Program-made: the position numbers and the translations under genes
From: a virus
Length of the DNA stretch: 64,000 nucleotides
IMG/VR virus record: IMGVR_UViG_3300037155_000072
Location: 10,867-74,866 of that record
Strand: one strand, 5' to 3'
Notes under the pieces: generated by a model
Seen by the model: only the letters and a program-made list of their open reading frames with translations
Databases searched by the model: none
Told to the model about the DNA's origin: nothing
In this document: piece after piece, positions 20,009-30,532 of the stretch
Layout of the letters: each line of letters starts with the position of its first letter
Position numbering within the stretch: the first letter of the stretch is position 1

Positions 20009-20695
20009 TCACGTGAAGAGCTGCTTGCGGCGCGTAAGTTCAGTGCGTAGCTTTTTAACGGCGCGCCAGTGAGTCCTCTGAATCGCGGAGCGAGTAACCC
20101 CGAGCAGGTCGCCCTGCTCTTGGAAATTCAAACCGGATTCATAAGTCAATGTCAATACCATTTTCTCCTGCTCGCTGCACTTCTGCGCTACTATCGGCTT
20201 TACTAATTCCCAGCGGTCCCTGGTAAAAATCCCTTCCATATCGGACTCGATTACGTTCTCCGGGGACACCTGTTCGTAGTCCTGCATAGCCTCCAGGGGG
20301 CTGACTATCGCCGGGTCGCGATGCACGTGCGTTCTTTCGCCCACTGGTTTGCATTGCACACCTTTTGCAGGATGCCCAGCCTTCGCTTTATTGTAGTTGC
20401 GATAAATCGCTCCTCGAAGCCCCGCTTTGGCGAACGCGAAGAAGCGTTGCCGGGCGGGGTCAAAGCGTTTCGCGTTTCGCATTAGAGCCTCATAGCACAC
20501 GCTGATAAGCGCGCCCTCGTCCAGGCTCCGGGCCATTCCCCGGGTGTAAAGAAACGCCTCACGCATGTTGCGCATAACCAACTCATTCAAGTCTCCCTCG
20601 TTCCCCTTGGCGATGCCCTTCGCCAGAATGGCCTCTAGGCCGCTCCGACAGTTCCTATCGTGAGGCAGCGGCAAGGATTCAAATAGGGCGCTCAT
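20009..20695 (-). CDS. Phage-encoded sigma-70-family factor
   Basis: Region 2 (LV..NMR...AL..NAKRFDP...FFAFAK) and region 4 (EQE..VL.L.Y..GLNFQE.G.LLGVTRSAIQ). Confidence 0.85.
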   Translation of the reverse strand: MSALFESLPLPHDRNCRSGLEAILAKGIAKGNEGDLNELVMRNMREAFLYTRGMARSLDEGALISVCYEALMRNAKRFDPARQRFFAFAKAGLRGAIYRNYNKAKAGHPAKGVQCKPVGERTHVHRDPAIVSPLEAMQDYEQVSPENVIESDMEGIFTRDRWELVKPIVAQKCSEQEKMVLTLTYESGLNFQEQGDLLGVTRSAIQRTHWRAVKKLRTELTRRKQLFT

Positions 20696-22926
20696 GTGGT
20701 GGGCGGAAGTTGGAATTTATTAACCTCGTCGCTCGGGGCAGTCGGAGTGGGTGCCGAAGCTTTCGGCATAAAGTTCTTGAAGCGGAACATCCGTAGGTTG
20801 TGCTTCTCACTCGTGAAGACAGTAACCTCTAGGCTGTTTTCTTTGAGCATCGCATCCATGCTGCGATTCACGGTATCGACGTTGGCCTTGAGTATGTCTC
20901 CGGTCTCAAGCTTCATCATCTGGAGAATCTCGACGGCGGTGCCCTCGAAATGCTCTGCCCCGGGTGTCTCCAGGAAATAGCGGGTCAGGGTTTTAATCAG
21001 ACACTCCTTGAACCCGGCAGCCCGGCTGGTTTGGTATCCCTGGTCAAGCAAGCTTTGCTCGTGATGAGCTTCGTAACCAAATCGCTCGTCAACCTTAACG
21101 TAGTCTGGAACCTTGAAGTGAGTTATGCCCCATTTTAGCAGACACGGAAGCTGAGCCGCGACTATCTTCGCCCAGGTTAGACGGTCAGGAAATTTAAAAT
21201 TCACGTCTGGGGAGCACTTGAACAGATGGGTCTTGTCCAGGGAATTGTTATCCATTCCGGACAGCGCGCGCGAGGAAATGAAATCCAGGTTAGCAGTGAT
21301 GATGATGCGGCCGCCCCAGTGAAGCATTGACGACGTGAGAAATTTTTCATTGTAGAGGAAATCGCTGTTGGCCGCGAACTTCTTCAGGAGAGTCATGAAC
21401 CTCTGTAATGAGGCATCGGTGTTACTAGGCGTCTCATCATCTACGCACCAAACGACGTGTTTAAACAGGTGGGCGTTGAAGGTGCTGTCTTTAATTAGAA
21501 AGTCGGATGCGTCAGCGAATCCTCCCACGGAGCCACCGACAAACATTCGGGACAACATGGTTTTTCCTCTTCCCGGCTTTCCGAATAAAAACACATTCTG
21601 TCCCGAGAGGGGTTCGAAGTTCAGGCACGCTTTGTATAGATACATCCACCATGCGAACCAGTGCCAAAGCTGCTCGGGCGAACTAAAGAAACCATCGAGG
21701 AACCGGGATAGGTCGGGGAATGTCCCTTTCGGCCCCCAGTAATGTTCGTCTCCCTCGGCGGGTTGAATGCACTGGGCGTTGTATATATTAAGCACTCGGT
21801 CTCCATTGTAGCGCATTGGTCCCGGCCGGTGAAACGCGAAGGGCAGCGCGGCCTTGACTCGGTTACGTTTCTGAATGTGGTTCAGGGCAACCTTATATTG
21901 CGAGGGCGTGCCTCCAGGGCCGGGCTTTATGGAAAGGCGGCACTCCACTTCGAGGTGCGTTGCCAGCTCCGTTGCTTCCATGGGCTGATACGCGTTTCCA
22001 CTCTCCGGGTCTTCGAACTTCATCCAGAATTTTCTGCTGTCAAAAAATATCCCAGTCGTCGCTGCCGTGATTGACTCGTTTTTAAAATTCTTGCAAAACT
22101 CTACCCCCAAAAGAAGGGGAGAATCCCAGGGTGTGAAGGGCTTTCCTGCGTGGGCCGCAAAGGAGAACATGCCGCCGGGCTTCACTAGGGCAGAGTTTGA
22201 AGACGTGCTTCCCTCGGCCCAGAATGAAGGTCCCTTGGTATCCACCGAAAAGTCAGAGGGCCAGCTCATGGCTGGATACTTCTTGAGTAGCTCGGCGTAA
22301 ACTATGTCCAGGGGAATTGTGGTCTCTTCCTTCTCCGGCCAATGGAATTTTTTGGCGGAGTCCACGAGAAAAGATTGAGTCAGCGTATGCGCCACCGGCT
22401 TGTGCCCCGTAGCCTTCCACACTCCGCCATTGCAATATAGCCTAGTGGGCGATTTGAACGCGGGCTCGTCCAGTCCCGGGAGTAGGTCCAGACTGAGAAA
22501 TTTTATCGCCCGCTCATAGAGGAAGGCGCAAAACTCGTAGCTGTCCAGGCGTATAGGCGACGCGAGAATCCACACCAACCGGAGATTTCCCCCCAGGGAC
22601 CTCTCAGTGTAGGTCGGTTTAATCGGCATCGTCTTAATCACCTCGGCGGCACGCTCATCCGTAATCGGAAGGTCAAAGTCCGCGACGAACGCGTTGACAA
22701 ACAGCGGGGGATTATTTTCTCGATTAACTCGGAGGTTGGGATTCAGCGGCTCAACCCCCGTATAAAATTGATGCACTGTGCTGACTGACGTGGCCCAATT
22801 TTGACGGTCTTCCTTATTCCCACGAATCTGCATCGAAATCTCGGTCTCTATTTTGAAGTCCCAAGGGACGCAGGGAGATAATGAGTTGGAGACGAGATTC
22901 GTAACAGCAAAAAACATTGAGCTCAT
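20692..22926 (-). CDS. Primase / SF3 helicase (DUF5906-like)
   Basis: N-terminal DFD primase-like motif; GKPGRGKT, CVDDE, IIITAN. Confidence 0.8.
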   Translation of the reverse strand: MSSMFFAVTNLVSNSLSPCVPWDFKIETEISMQIRGNKEDRQNWATSVSTVHQFYTGVEPLNPNLRVNRENNPPLFVNAFVADFDLPITDERAAEVIKTMPIKPTYTERSLGGNLRLVWILASPIRLDSYEFCAFLYERAIKFLSLDLLPGLDEPAFKSPTRLYCNGGVWKATGHKPVAHTLTQSFLVDSAKKFHWPEKEETTIPLDIVYAELLKKYPAMSWPSDFSVDTKGPSFWAEGSTSSNSALVKPGGMFSFAAHAGKPFTPWDSPLLLGVEFCKNFKNESITAATTGIFFDSRKFWMKFEDPESGNAYQPMEATELATHLEVECRLSIKPGPGGTPSQYKVALNHIQKRNRVKAALPFAFHRPGPMRYNGDRVLNIYNAQCIQPAEGDEHYWGPKGTFPDLSRFLDGFFSSPEQLWHWFAWWMYLYKACLNFEPLSGQNVFLFGKPGRGKTMLSRMFVGGSVGGFADASDFLIKDSTFNAHLFKHVVWCVDDETPSNTDASLQRFMTLLKKFAANSDFLYNEKFLTSSMLHWGGRIIITANLDFISSRALSGMDNNSLDKTHLFKCSPDVNFKFPDRLTWAKIVAAQLPCLLKWGITHFKVPDYVKVDERFGYEAHHEQSLLDQGYQTSRAAGFKECLIKTLTRYFLETPGAEHFEGTAVEILQMMKLETGDILKANVDTVNRSMDAMLKENSLEVTVFTSEKHNLRMFRFKNFMPKASAPTPTAPSDEVNKFQLPPTT

Positions 22927-22955
22927 ACTATGCGAACCAGCCCCGACCCACAACC

Positions 22956-24917
22956 TTACTTTTTATAGTGTGCGACCTCTTCGGCTTCCGCTGAAATGGG
23001 GCAGCCCGGGAGCCACTCGGGGCAAACGCTCATGGCCGCCTGCACGTCCTTGGCGGTGACAGAAGGGTCCACCTCCAGGATAGCCTCATCATGCGACGAG
23101 AATAGGTTGCGCCAGCCTCGGTCCTCCATGGCGACCACGTGGGTAGCAAAGACATCTCGGGCGATTGCTTGGGTGATATTCTCCGTGAGCTTCCCACCGT
23201 AGAATTTTTTTCGCTTCCCACCGATGTCGGCCGTGTAGGCTTCCTCGCGCTTCGGTTTGCCAGTCACCGGGTCTTTGACAATAGTAACGGACACCTTGAC
23301 GTGGCCGTAGGTCATCTTCCTTCCGGAAGGCAATGTCATCACGAAATCCTCCCCGATGCTCCGCCTGAACCCCTCGTCGAGTTGCTTCCACAGATTGGTG
23401 ATACAGGGATTTTCCGCACGAAACTTTTTGACAATCGCCTTGCTGGTTGTGCCATAGCCGGGCACTTGCTTCTCCACCTTAGTGAACGGATGAACCTCGG
23501 TGATAAACTCCGGGTCGTCCTTGCACAAGTCTATTCCGTAGCCCGACGCAATGGTGATAAACTTCTCCCAGCCCGCGCCATACCCCAGGCCCAGAACCTG
23601 AACCTTTGTCATCTTATAAGGGTCTTGTTTCTTCTCCGCCTTGGAAAAAGCTCGCCCAGAAAAAGCCTCATAAACTGATAGTCCCTCGCGAATCAGGGCG
23701 AGCATCTTGTGGTTCTTACCCAGCCATGCCAGGACGCGAGGTTCAATCGCGGCCAAGTCGCAGACAATCATTTTCTTGCCGGGGCGCGCGATAAAGATTG
23801 CTCGGAAGTCGATTGCGTAGCGCACCCAGTCCGGCCACTTTTTATTCTCCTCGCGGTAGTCCGTGGCGTCGTTTATCCGCTTGCCGTCGGTCTCCATAAG
23901 TCCCTCCTGGTTGCAGAACAGTGGGACCTTGCGCATGTTTTGGAAGTTGATTTTCTCGGCTCCAGCCCACCGGCCAGTGTGCGCACCGAAATACTTCAAG
24001 CCAAAAGGAAGAGTGCCGTCTGAGCGCAATCTTTCCTTGACGGTGCAGAAAGTTTTGTAGAGTTTGTTGATAGCTCTCCAGGCTTCGACTGCCCGAATCC
24101 ACGGGTTTTTTGGTGCGTGTTGTTCTACCCATAATTCGTAAGCTTCCTCATCGTCCGCCTTCGTAGGCGGGCATGGCAGCCCTGTCTTTCTACACTGTTG
24201 AGCAATGCACTTCGTGCTCGTGGGTTTGGTCTTAAAGTCGTCCCACTCTTCCTCTTCGGCGTCACGAATCCATGGGATGATGTTTTCCACCGTGCAGCGC
24301 ATTTCATGACAAGCCATGATGTAGGTATCCAAAAGATTCCGGTCAACCTGGACGCCCCTCATCCCTTGCGCAATCGTTATGTTCGAGACCTTGCGCTCCA
24401 TTTCAGGCCACTGACTTGAGAATTTGTCCCACAATAACCAACACAAATGACTATCAACTTTCCCCGCATCCACTACCTGCTTCATCTGCTCCGGTGTGTA
24501 ATCTCGCGGCCAACTACGACCGTCCGAAGTCTCCCTGTAGCTTTTATCCACCTTAAGGCCGGGGAAAAGGTGCTCTGTAGACTCCTGAAGAGAGCGGCGA
24601 TTGCAAAGAAACGAGGTAAGGTTCGCCGTGCAGTGGTAGTTTTCAAACTGCATTCTCGGGGCGAGTTTACGATGAACTAGCTCTTCATAGACACTCGCGT
24701 CAAAATATTTATTGTGGCTAAGCAGGGTCTGCCCGCTTAAGGCCGACCAGTTAAAATCTCGCGGGTGCCCCGCCCACGTCTGCCCCCCATCGCTTACCGC
24801 GATTTGGTAACAATCGAATAATTCGTGTTTACAGTATCCCTCCGCTATATACTGCCGAAGGCCGTATTTGAGTTTCTTGGAATAGAAACATTCATAATCT
24901 ACGCTAATGGTGCTCAT
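22956..24917 (-). CDS. polA: Family A DNA polymerase with 3'-5' exonuclease
   Basis: VDYE, HNKYFD exonuclease; HTGRW; DLAAIEPR; KVQVLGLGYG; ENITQAIARD; HDE. Confidence 0.95.
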   Translation of the reverse strand: MSTISVDYECFYSKKLKYGLRQYIAEGYCKHELFDCYQIAVSDGGQTWAGHPRDFNWSALSGQTLLSHNKYFDASVYEELVHRKLAPRMQFENYHCTANLTSFLCNRRSLQESTEHLFPGLKVDKSYRETSDGRSWPRDYTPEQMKQVVDAGKVDSHLCWLLWDKFSSQWPEMERKVSNITIAQGMRGVQVDRNLLDTYIMACHEMRCTVENIIPWIRDAEEEEWDDFKTKPTSTKCIAQQCRKTGLPCPPTKADDEEAYELWVEQHAPKNPWIRAVEAWRAINKLYKTFCTVKERLRSDGTLPFGLKYFGAHTGRWAGAEKINFQNMRKVPLFCNQEGLMETDGKRINDATDYREENKKWPDWVRYAIDFRAIFIARPGKKMIVCDLAAIEPRVLAWLGKNHKMLALIREGLSVYEAFSGRAFSKAEKKQDPYKMTKVQVLGLGYGAGWEKFITIASGYGIDLCKDDPEFITEVHPFTKVEKQVPGYGTTSKAIVKKFRAENPCITNLWKQLDEGFRRSIGEDFVMTLPSGRKMTYGHVKVSVTIVKDPVTGKPKREEAYTADIGGKRKKFYGGKLTENITQAIARDVFATHVVAMEDRGWRNLFSSHDEAILEVDPSVTAKDVQAAMSVCPEWLPGCPISAEAEEVAHYKK

Positions 24918-25450
24918 GTAGGAAAATTAAGTCTCGCGAACTCCCCGAAATATTGACTAGCCGCTGCATCGTAGGCTTTTGCCGCCTCTTCCGGAGAAAA
25001 AAATTCCCCTAGAAAAAGTTGGCGTCCTTCGACTCTTATTCTTGCACGCCACTTATGTGTGCAGCGGCTTTGTAAACTGACTCCCTTAAATCCGGAGATG
25101 TTATTTTTCTGGACAGAACGGTTCCATTGATTTTGGAGAGTAGTGGCCGGGCGGAGATTTTGTCTTCGATTATTCAAACCGTCGCCGTCACGGTGGTCCA
25201 CGGGCTTTACGCCTAAAATCTGATTGTGCATCCGAATCGAGTGGCTTTTTTCATTTCGACGACCATTCCGAACCGCATACCACAATCCGTGCACATACTT
25301 TGCATACCATAGAAATTGGGACAGCGCCGGGTAGTCGGCGCTATCCACTGTGGTTACCTTCCCGAGTGTAAGCGGAATTTCTACCGCGTCCGGGACAGCG
25401 TGCAACCCACTGAAGGTTGCTTCTGGGTTTTGTTCTGAATGAGTCGGCAT
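24914..25450 (-). CDS. HNH-AP2 homing endonuclease
   Basis: VDHRDGDGLNNRRQNLR; SGFKGVS...WRARI...[19 protein letters not shown]. Confidence 0.9.
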   Translation of the reverse strand: MPTHSEQNPEATFSGLHAVPDAVEIPLTLGKVTTVDSADYPALSQFLWYAKYVHGLWYAVRNGRRNEKSHSIRMHNQILGVKPVDHRDGDGLNNRRQNLRPATTLQNQWNRSVQKNNISGFKGVSLQSRCTHKWRARIRVEGRQLFLGEFFSPEEAAKAYDAAASQYFGEFARLNFPT

Positions 25451-25725
25451 ATTGCTCGGTTAAGTTCAGCTTCTACCTTATCACATAATGCCCCAGCTAC
25501 AACTCGATTCTGTCCAGGCTCCAGAGACGCGTGCAGGGTAGGATATTTATTCCGAAGCTCCCGGACCAGTGCCTCAACATCGGCTTTGACTTCATCCAGG
25601 AATTCCTGGCCGACCCTGGTGAATTTTCCGGCCCGATACGCGCGACTACAGGCGAGTGCGTGATTACGAACGGCGGTCTCGTTTAGAAAGCGCCCGGAGG
25701 AGATGTCAATATTTTCTTCTTGCAT
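25381..25725 (-). CDS. Hypothetical, possibly histone-fold DNA-binding protein
   Basis: LN..AVR.H...KFTRVGQEFLDEV...PSVGCTL helical pattern. Confidence 0.45.
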   Translation of the reverse strand: MQEENIDISSGRFLNETAVRNHALACSRAYRAGKFTRVGQEFLDEVKADVEALVRELRNKYPTLHASLEPGQNRVVAGALCDKVEAELNRAICRLIQNKTQKQPSVGCTLSRTR

Positions 25726-26067
25726 AGGATTACTCGGTTAACCGAAACGAATTTTGCGTGCCCCCGAAGCTCCAGGGCCGCGATTGTGTGAACACTGGCG
25801 AACGTATCGCCCAATTCATACCACCGGGGCACCCAATAACCCCCGGGCCGCCGATAGAGCGTCCGGGAGCGCCCCGCGATACGAAAAGCATGCAGCATCG
25901 CGGGTGAGAATTTTACCGCGCTAGGCATAGAGCGATAAGCATGATAGTGGCTCCGATGCAGAAAATACCACCGATGATTAGCCAGTTTATGGCCGACTGC
26001 ACTTCGATTTGCTGCTGAGCAAGGGTTCGGTGCCAGCGAGAAATCCACTCGCGATATTCTTGGTCGT

Positions 26068-26706
26068 TCACTCCTCGTCTCCCCCTTCCAGCTCGTCCGA
26101 GATTTCGAAGTTCATAGGTTTCGAGTTGCATGGGCAGTGGGGCGCGCCGAACTCCAACCACTTCCGGGTAGTCCGGACGGTGTAGCCGCAATCCTTGCAC
26201 TCGCATTTCACTGCGCGCGTGGTCTGCTTCTTCGTGGGGCGGCCGGAGGGTTTGAGCTCCGCGTGAGGATATTCCCCAATTTTGGCGACAATCGCTTTCG
26301 CCTTGGCCAGGAATAATTCGCCGCCATGGGCCCTTGTCAGTTTACCTTCCAGGCCGATGCCCCGGACACACTTGCCGAAAACCTTATTGTGGCCCTCGGG
26401 GATGCCTACGATTGCGTGGGCCAGTTCGTGGGCCAGGGTAGGGAGTATGCCGCAGGCGTCGCAGGCTTGCGCGTAACGCGGTGAAATGAATATCTGATGC
26501 AGCTTGTCGGACGCCGCTTTCGCATCCCAGCACTCGCCGATTGCAATTTTCTTGTTGCCGAGGCCCCGGGATGAAGGCCAGCCGCAGGATACCCGAACAG
26601 CAGGCACTTTGTAGCCCTGCTCGATGAAAAGCGGAGTCAGCTCCGCCGTTGCGTCTATCAGCCACTTCTCGCGATTCGAGTCAGTGGGTATTTTTGTTTT
26701 GCTCAT
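26068..26706 (-). CDS. SprT-like zinc metalloprotease with C-terminal Zn ribbon
   Basis: HELAH...GH...F; CECKDCGY...CPC. Confidence 0.8.
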   Translation of the reverse strand: MSKTKIPTDSNREKWLIDATAELTPLFIEQGYKVPAVRVSCGWPSSRGLGNKKIAIGECWDAKAASDKLHQIFISPRYAQACDACGILPTLAHELAHAIVGIPEGHNKVFGKCVRGIGLEGKLTRAHGGELFLAKAKAIVAKIGEYPHAELKPSGRPTKKQTTRAVKCECKDCGYTVRTTRKWLEFGAPHCPCNSKPMNFEISDELEGGDEE

Positions 26707-26828
26707 AAAACGTAGGTGGTCAGTTCGTAGCGGCCGGAGTCCAGCCGGTAAATCGACACGTGGAAAAATTTCTTGGTGGGCTTGTCGCGGAGCGCGTCCT
26801 GGTTTTGCTGTTCGAATGTTCTAATCAG
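26703..26828 (-). CDS. Small hypothetical protein (CTG start or truncated)
   Basis: ...KKFFHVSIYRLDSGRYELTTYVL; ATGA-coupled to SprT; follows TTGCGT-N16-TATTCT. Confidence 0.35.
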   Translation of the reverse strand: MIRTFEQQNQDALRDKPTKKFFHVSIYRLDSGRYELTTYVL

Positions 26829-26900
26829 GCTTACAGAATACGCCCTCCCCGTTTAAACGCAAGAACTATTTTCGATTATTTTTATCCGTAATCATACAGA

Positions 26901-26928
26901 GGGCCGGATAAGTTTCCCTATCCGGCCC
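26901..26928 (-). terminator. Hairpin / probable terminator after SSB-like gene
   Basis: GGGCCGGATA/TATCCGGCCC 10-bp stem. Confidence 0.5.
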
Positions 26929-26989
26929 CATTAGGTGCGTTATTTGTTATTCCCTCAGTTATCCAGGTCAAACCACGCCACACCGAAAA

Positions 26990-27895
26990 CTATGCGCCAA
27001 GAACCGACTTCGCGAAGTTCAGAAACTCCGGAGAATTTTTTTGGTTCGGCACGCAGACTGGAATCCAGCTCTGCACTCCCGCGCCCCACTTCTCCTCCCG
27101 CGAAGAAAAAGCGTAGCTCCAGGTCGTGTAGCCTCCGGAGATTGCGCCAGTAAAGGGGTCGGTTTTCTTCTTCAGGCAGCCCATTACCCGAGCCGGGAAC
27201 AGCACGCGCCTGGCGGCCGCGTTGTAGAGGGACCCTTTGAAGTTCCACATGGCCAGGGCGTAGAATTTGCCTTCCACCTCGAAAGTAAAGTCGGTCTCGT
27301 TATCCTTGGCAATTTCCGGCCGCTCAATCGCGAGCATGCAATCCGCCCCGCACTCGAAGCGTTTCATGCCGTCTTTTTCCTTGAGCTTCCATTCGTTGTA
27401 GTCCAAGGTGCCCCCACTGTCGCGGACTTCCTTTTCGGTTTTCACAATCGTGCCGCGAACGCCGCCCTCGAATTTCACCTTTTCGTAGTAGAGCGTATCC
27501 TTGAAGCCGAGCACGGTCATGATAACCGGAGCAGTAGCGGGACGCTCCAGGGTCTGGGTCTGGGTGTTCACCTTGCCGGGAACGAACAGCTCCACTTGCT
27601 TGCTGTAGACGATGGTTCCGTTTTCGAAACTCTCGGTCATACCGCCGAGATTCTGCACGAGGTTGAGCCGGGGCAGAATGATGTCCTTCATTTCCGGCAG
27701 CCGGTCACCGAGAAGGAGCCCGGACGAAGTTGCGGGAAGTTGTGATGCAGCCGGAGTAGGAGCGCCCGCACCGACCTGGGAGTCGGTATTTCTGACCACT
27801 CCGGCGGGAGTCGCTACGGGGGTTACGGTTGAAGCCACGTCCAACACTGCGTTAGCAGGAGTAGCGGGAGTTTTGTCGCTGAAGTTTACTTCCAT
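26990..27895 (-). CDS. Probable ssDNA-binding / recombination protein
   Basis: 'DIILPRLNLVQ' N-terminal motif, aromatic-rich; between PolA and Cas4-like genes. Confidence 0.5.
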   Translation of the reverse strand: MEVNFSDKTPATPANAVLDVASTVTPVATPAGVVRNTDSQVGAGAPTPAASQLPATSSGLLLGDRLPEMKDIILPRLNLVQNLGGMTESFENGTIVYSKQVELFVPGKVNTQTQTLERPATAPVIMTVLGFKDTLYYEKVKFEGGVRGTIVKTEKEVRDSGGTLDYNEWKLKEKDGMKRFECGADCMLAIERPEIAKDNETDFTFEVEGKFYALAMWNFKGSLYNAAARRVLFPARVMGCLKKKTDPFTGAISGGYTTWSYAFSSREEKWGAGVQSWIPVCVPNQKNSPEFLNFAKSVLGA

Positions 27896-27970
27896 ATATG
27901 TGCTTTTGTGTTTTGTGTTTTTGATTTACTATTTACCAAAGTGTATCAGGATTTTTTCGTCTCACTACCT

Positions 27971-29194
27971 TTATTTTTTATCCTTCGCCCCCGCCACTCG
28001 AAGAAAAGTGAAATTGTCTCCCGGCTTAACGGAACCGGATGACAACAGCTCTTTCTGAAACTGGTCCACCATGGCGGTCTTTTTCCCGCGCGGGGTTTTG
28101 TTCGAAATCGTTTCCTCGATGGGCGTCAAGTGGTAGTCTGCTTCCCGAGCCAGTTCCTCGGGAGTGAGATATTTCAGCGCGACCTGTTTGAAGATTTCGA
28201 GGTTATCGATTTTCCTTCGGCCGCCGCCTTGAGCCAAGGCGTAGCCCTCCGGCATATCGCACTTGCCCTGTAGCACGCGGTCAAGATTTCTCTGACGAAA
28301 ACCATCAGCCCAGATTTTCACCACCGATGAAAGCGTCATTGCTAGCGCACTTTGGTGCGCGTCAAGGATGGTGTGCGAGTCTATCGAATCGGGGAATTCC
28401 AAAGGCGCGAACTTCTTCGCAATCTTCAGCGCGTTCGTCAGATGTATTGGACACTCCGCGATGTGGCGACAGAAGTTGCAGACCGGAACATACGGCGTCG
28501 CCATAGACCAATCGCCCTTTGCCAGCAGTCCCCGCGCCTTCCTGGCGCGGGCCACGACAGTTTGCACCCGCAGGTAGAGCTCCGGAACCATGGCCCTTGT
28601 AAAAAGTGCGTCAGTCAGGGAGTCTAAGGGCGGCTGCTTAAAGAAAAATCGAACTGCCCGGAGCCAGGGGTATTTTTTGAACAGGCCCAGCGCATAAGAG
28701 ATACCCTGTAGGTTTTTGTCTGCATCTTCCACCGGCCACATGCCGAATTTCCAGTCATGAAGTTCACCGTAGAAAAAGGCACGGACGAGAAAAGCGTTGT
28801 CCACATATCCGGCCGTAGTCGCTTTGCAGTCGGCGAATTCACAGTCGTCAATCGGTAGGTAGACCTCGGTCAGCTCCTGGACAATATAGTCATCGGAGAG
28901 TCCGGCCTTGTTCGTGGGACTGGCCGAGTAAGCTTTGTTTGCCGCCTCCTGCAATTCAGCCCGGCGTTTCTCTCGAAAGTCAATGCACTCGGCGGCCGCG
29001 AGCGCGTCCTCGTCCGATATGCTGTTGTTGTCTTCTCCGCTCTCCACTACTCCGTGCGCTAGCGTCCCGGCTATGCTGCGTTCATTCTGCGAGTCCCGGC
29101 CCTGGTAGCACGGACATGCTTCTGTGTTCTGGAGCGTGGAGGGTGAAAATGGGTGGTGGCTGCGCTCTGTTGCTGATTCGGTGGGTGTGGTCAT
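27971..29194 (-). CDS. Cas4-like PD-(D/E)xK exonuclease (DUF2800-like)
   Basis: H..FSPS...CP, GTLAH, DWKFG, NLQ..SYALG, CNFC....CP. Confidence 0.85.
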   Translation of the reverse strand: MTTPTESATERSHHPFSPSTLQNTEACPCYQGRDSQNERSIAGTLAHGVVESGEDNNSISDEDALAAAECIDFREKRRAELQEAANKAYSASPTNKAGLSDDYIVQELTEVYLPIDDCEFADCKATTAGYVDNAFLVRAFFYGELHDWKFGMWPVEDADKNLQGISYALGLFKKYPWLRAVRFFFKQPPLDSLTDALFTRAMVPELYLRVQTVVARARKARGLLAKGDWSMATPYVPVCNFCRHIAECPIHLTNALKIAKKFAPLEFPDSIDSHTILDAHQSALAMTLSSVVKIWADGFRQRNLDRVLQGKCDMPEGYALAQGGGRRKIDNLEIFKQVALKYLTPEELAREADYHLTPIEETISNKTPRGKKTAMVDQFQKELLSSGSVKPGDNFTFLRVAGAKDKK

Positions 29195-29685
29195 ATTTTA
29201 TTTAAAAGGGTGAAAGGTCCAAAAAACTTTTGGGCAGCGGCATTGTAGGCCCTGGCAGCGTCTTCTTCCGTTTGAAAACAGCCGAGGTAATATCGGCGTT
29301 TCTGGTGTTGAATTTGTGCCTGAAATGGGCCGTCTTTACGGTGGACGACGCCTTTAAATTTACTTGTGGTCGCGTCCAAGTGCTTCCGTGCGTTGGCCTG
29401 ATTCTGGGAAGCTGTCGCTACTCGCAGGTTCCCTCGCCGATTTCGCAGGCCGTTAGAATCCCAGTGGTCAACCTCGACGGATGGGTCCGTTATTCCCAAG
29501 ACCTCTCGGTGGAACATTCGTTTCGTGTATAGTCCCGAAGCGAGTCGGACCTTTCGGACGACATACCGAAGTCTACCTCCAGGCGGTGCCCAGGTAAACC
29601 AGTTAAACCGCTCCGCTAGCGGGCGGTCCCTCTCGTCGAAGAGGAAAACATGACCGCCCGCTAGTATCCTATAGGCTCCGCTCAT
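29191..29685 (-). CDS. HNH-AP2 homing endonuclease
   Basis: VDHWDSNGLRNRRGNLR; SKFKGV...AARAYNAAA..FFG.F. Confidence 0.9.
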   Translation of the reverse strand: MSGAYRILAGGHVFLFDERDRPLAERFNWFTWAPPGGRLRYVVRKVRLASGLYTKRMFHREVLGITDPSVEVDHWDSNGLRNRRGNLRVATASQNQANARKHLDATTSKFKGVVHRKDGPFQAQIQHQKRRYYLGCFQTEEDAARAYNAAAQKFFGPFTLLNKI

Positions 29686-29692
29686 TACCCCG

Positions 29693-29917
29693 CTACTCTA
29701 CCCCAGTATCGGGACAAGCTACAACCCTTTTCAGGCCGGATTGAATTTTATAGAGCGCCTGCCGCTCTATCCGGCTAACCATCTGCTGGCTAATCCCCAG
29801 CCGCCGGGCCACCTCGGTTTGCGACATTACCTGGGTCAGTTTTGAAGCTAGAGCACCGCCAATCCGGAGCTGCTCTTTGAACCCGAAACTCTTCTGCGAG
29901 TTGCTCCGCGGTTTCAT
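29693..29917 (-). CDS. HTH protein (sigma region 4-like)
   Basis: MSQTEVARRLGISQQMVSRIERQALYKI. Confidence 0.8.
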   Translation of the reverse strand: MKPRSNSQKSFGFKEQLRIGGALASKLTQVMSQTEVARRLGISQQMVSRIERQALYKIQSGLKRVVACPDTGVE

Positions 29918-30171
29918 GGATTTAGGAGTCGTGGCGCGATGCCCAAGTGAAGACCCCGCTCCACCAGCGTCCGAATCTGCGCGTTGGCCGGCCCGACCTC
30001 CTCGCGGAGGTTGCGAATAAACAGCTTTCGGTTTTCATCCGTGATTGACTCGTCGTTTTCGAGGTGGTCAATCCTGGCCTGCGCGGCGCGGGTCAGTGTG
30101 AGGAGCTCATGAATCCGGCGCGGGATGCGGCGGATGCGGTTAGCTATTTGATGTTTTTGTATTCCAGTCAT
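29914..30171 (-). CDS. Hypothetical protein
   Basis: Coupled ORF, coiled-coil. Confidence 0.5.
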   Translation of the reverse strand: MTGIQKHQIANRIRRIPRRIHELLTLTRAAQARIDHLENDESITDENRKLFIRNLREEVGPANAQIRTLVERGLHLGIAPRLLNP

Positions 30172-30229
30172 TAGTTTTTATGGGGCTTAGGGTGCTGGAT
30201 GCCCCGTCCAGTTTTGTGTTTACCGAAAA

Positions 30230-30400
30230 TCAATATTTCTTCATCACCCGCTTCTCCGTCGGCGACCAGCCGTGGTCTACCGCGTTCAGCAACCGTTTTT
30301 GCGCGGCCGCCTTCTTAGGCGTGGTGGATTTTGATTTTATTCCGTTCGGAGTCCGGACCTGGACTCGTCCCTTACCAACCGATTTTGTAGTTATAGGCAT
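30230..30400 (-). CDS. Small basic protein (not in ORF track)
   Basis: MPITTKSVGKGRVQVRTPNGIKSKSTTPKKAAAQKRLLNAVDHGWSPTEKRVMKKY; upstream TTGACA...TAGACT. Confidence 0.6.
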   Translation of the reverse strand: MPITTKSVGKGRVQVRTPNGIKSKSTTPKKAAAQKRLLNAVDHGWSPTEKRVMKKY

Positions 30401-30532
30401 ACCCAAAAGTCTACATTAACAACATGAATGTCAACCAAATCCAAATGATATTCCGAAGAATAATCCGGTCAGATACGTGGGTTCTGAGATTTTTCATGAG
30501 ATTAAACGCAGATTCCTATATTTTTCTCGGTT

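Noticed and set aside
27971-29194. CRISPR-associated cas4
   Set aside because: No array or other cas genes; standard phage replication-module nuclease
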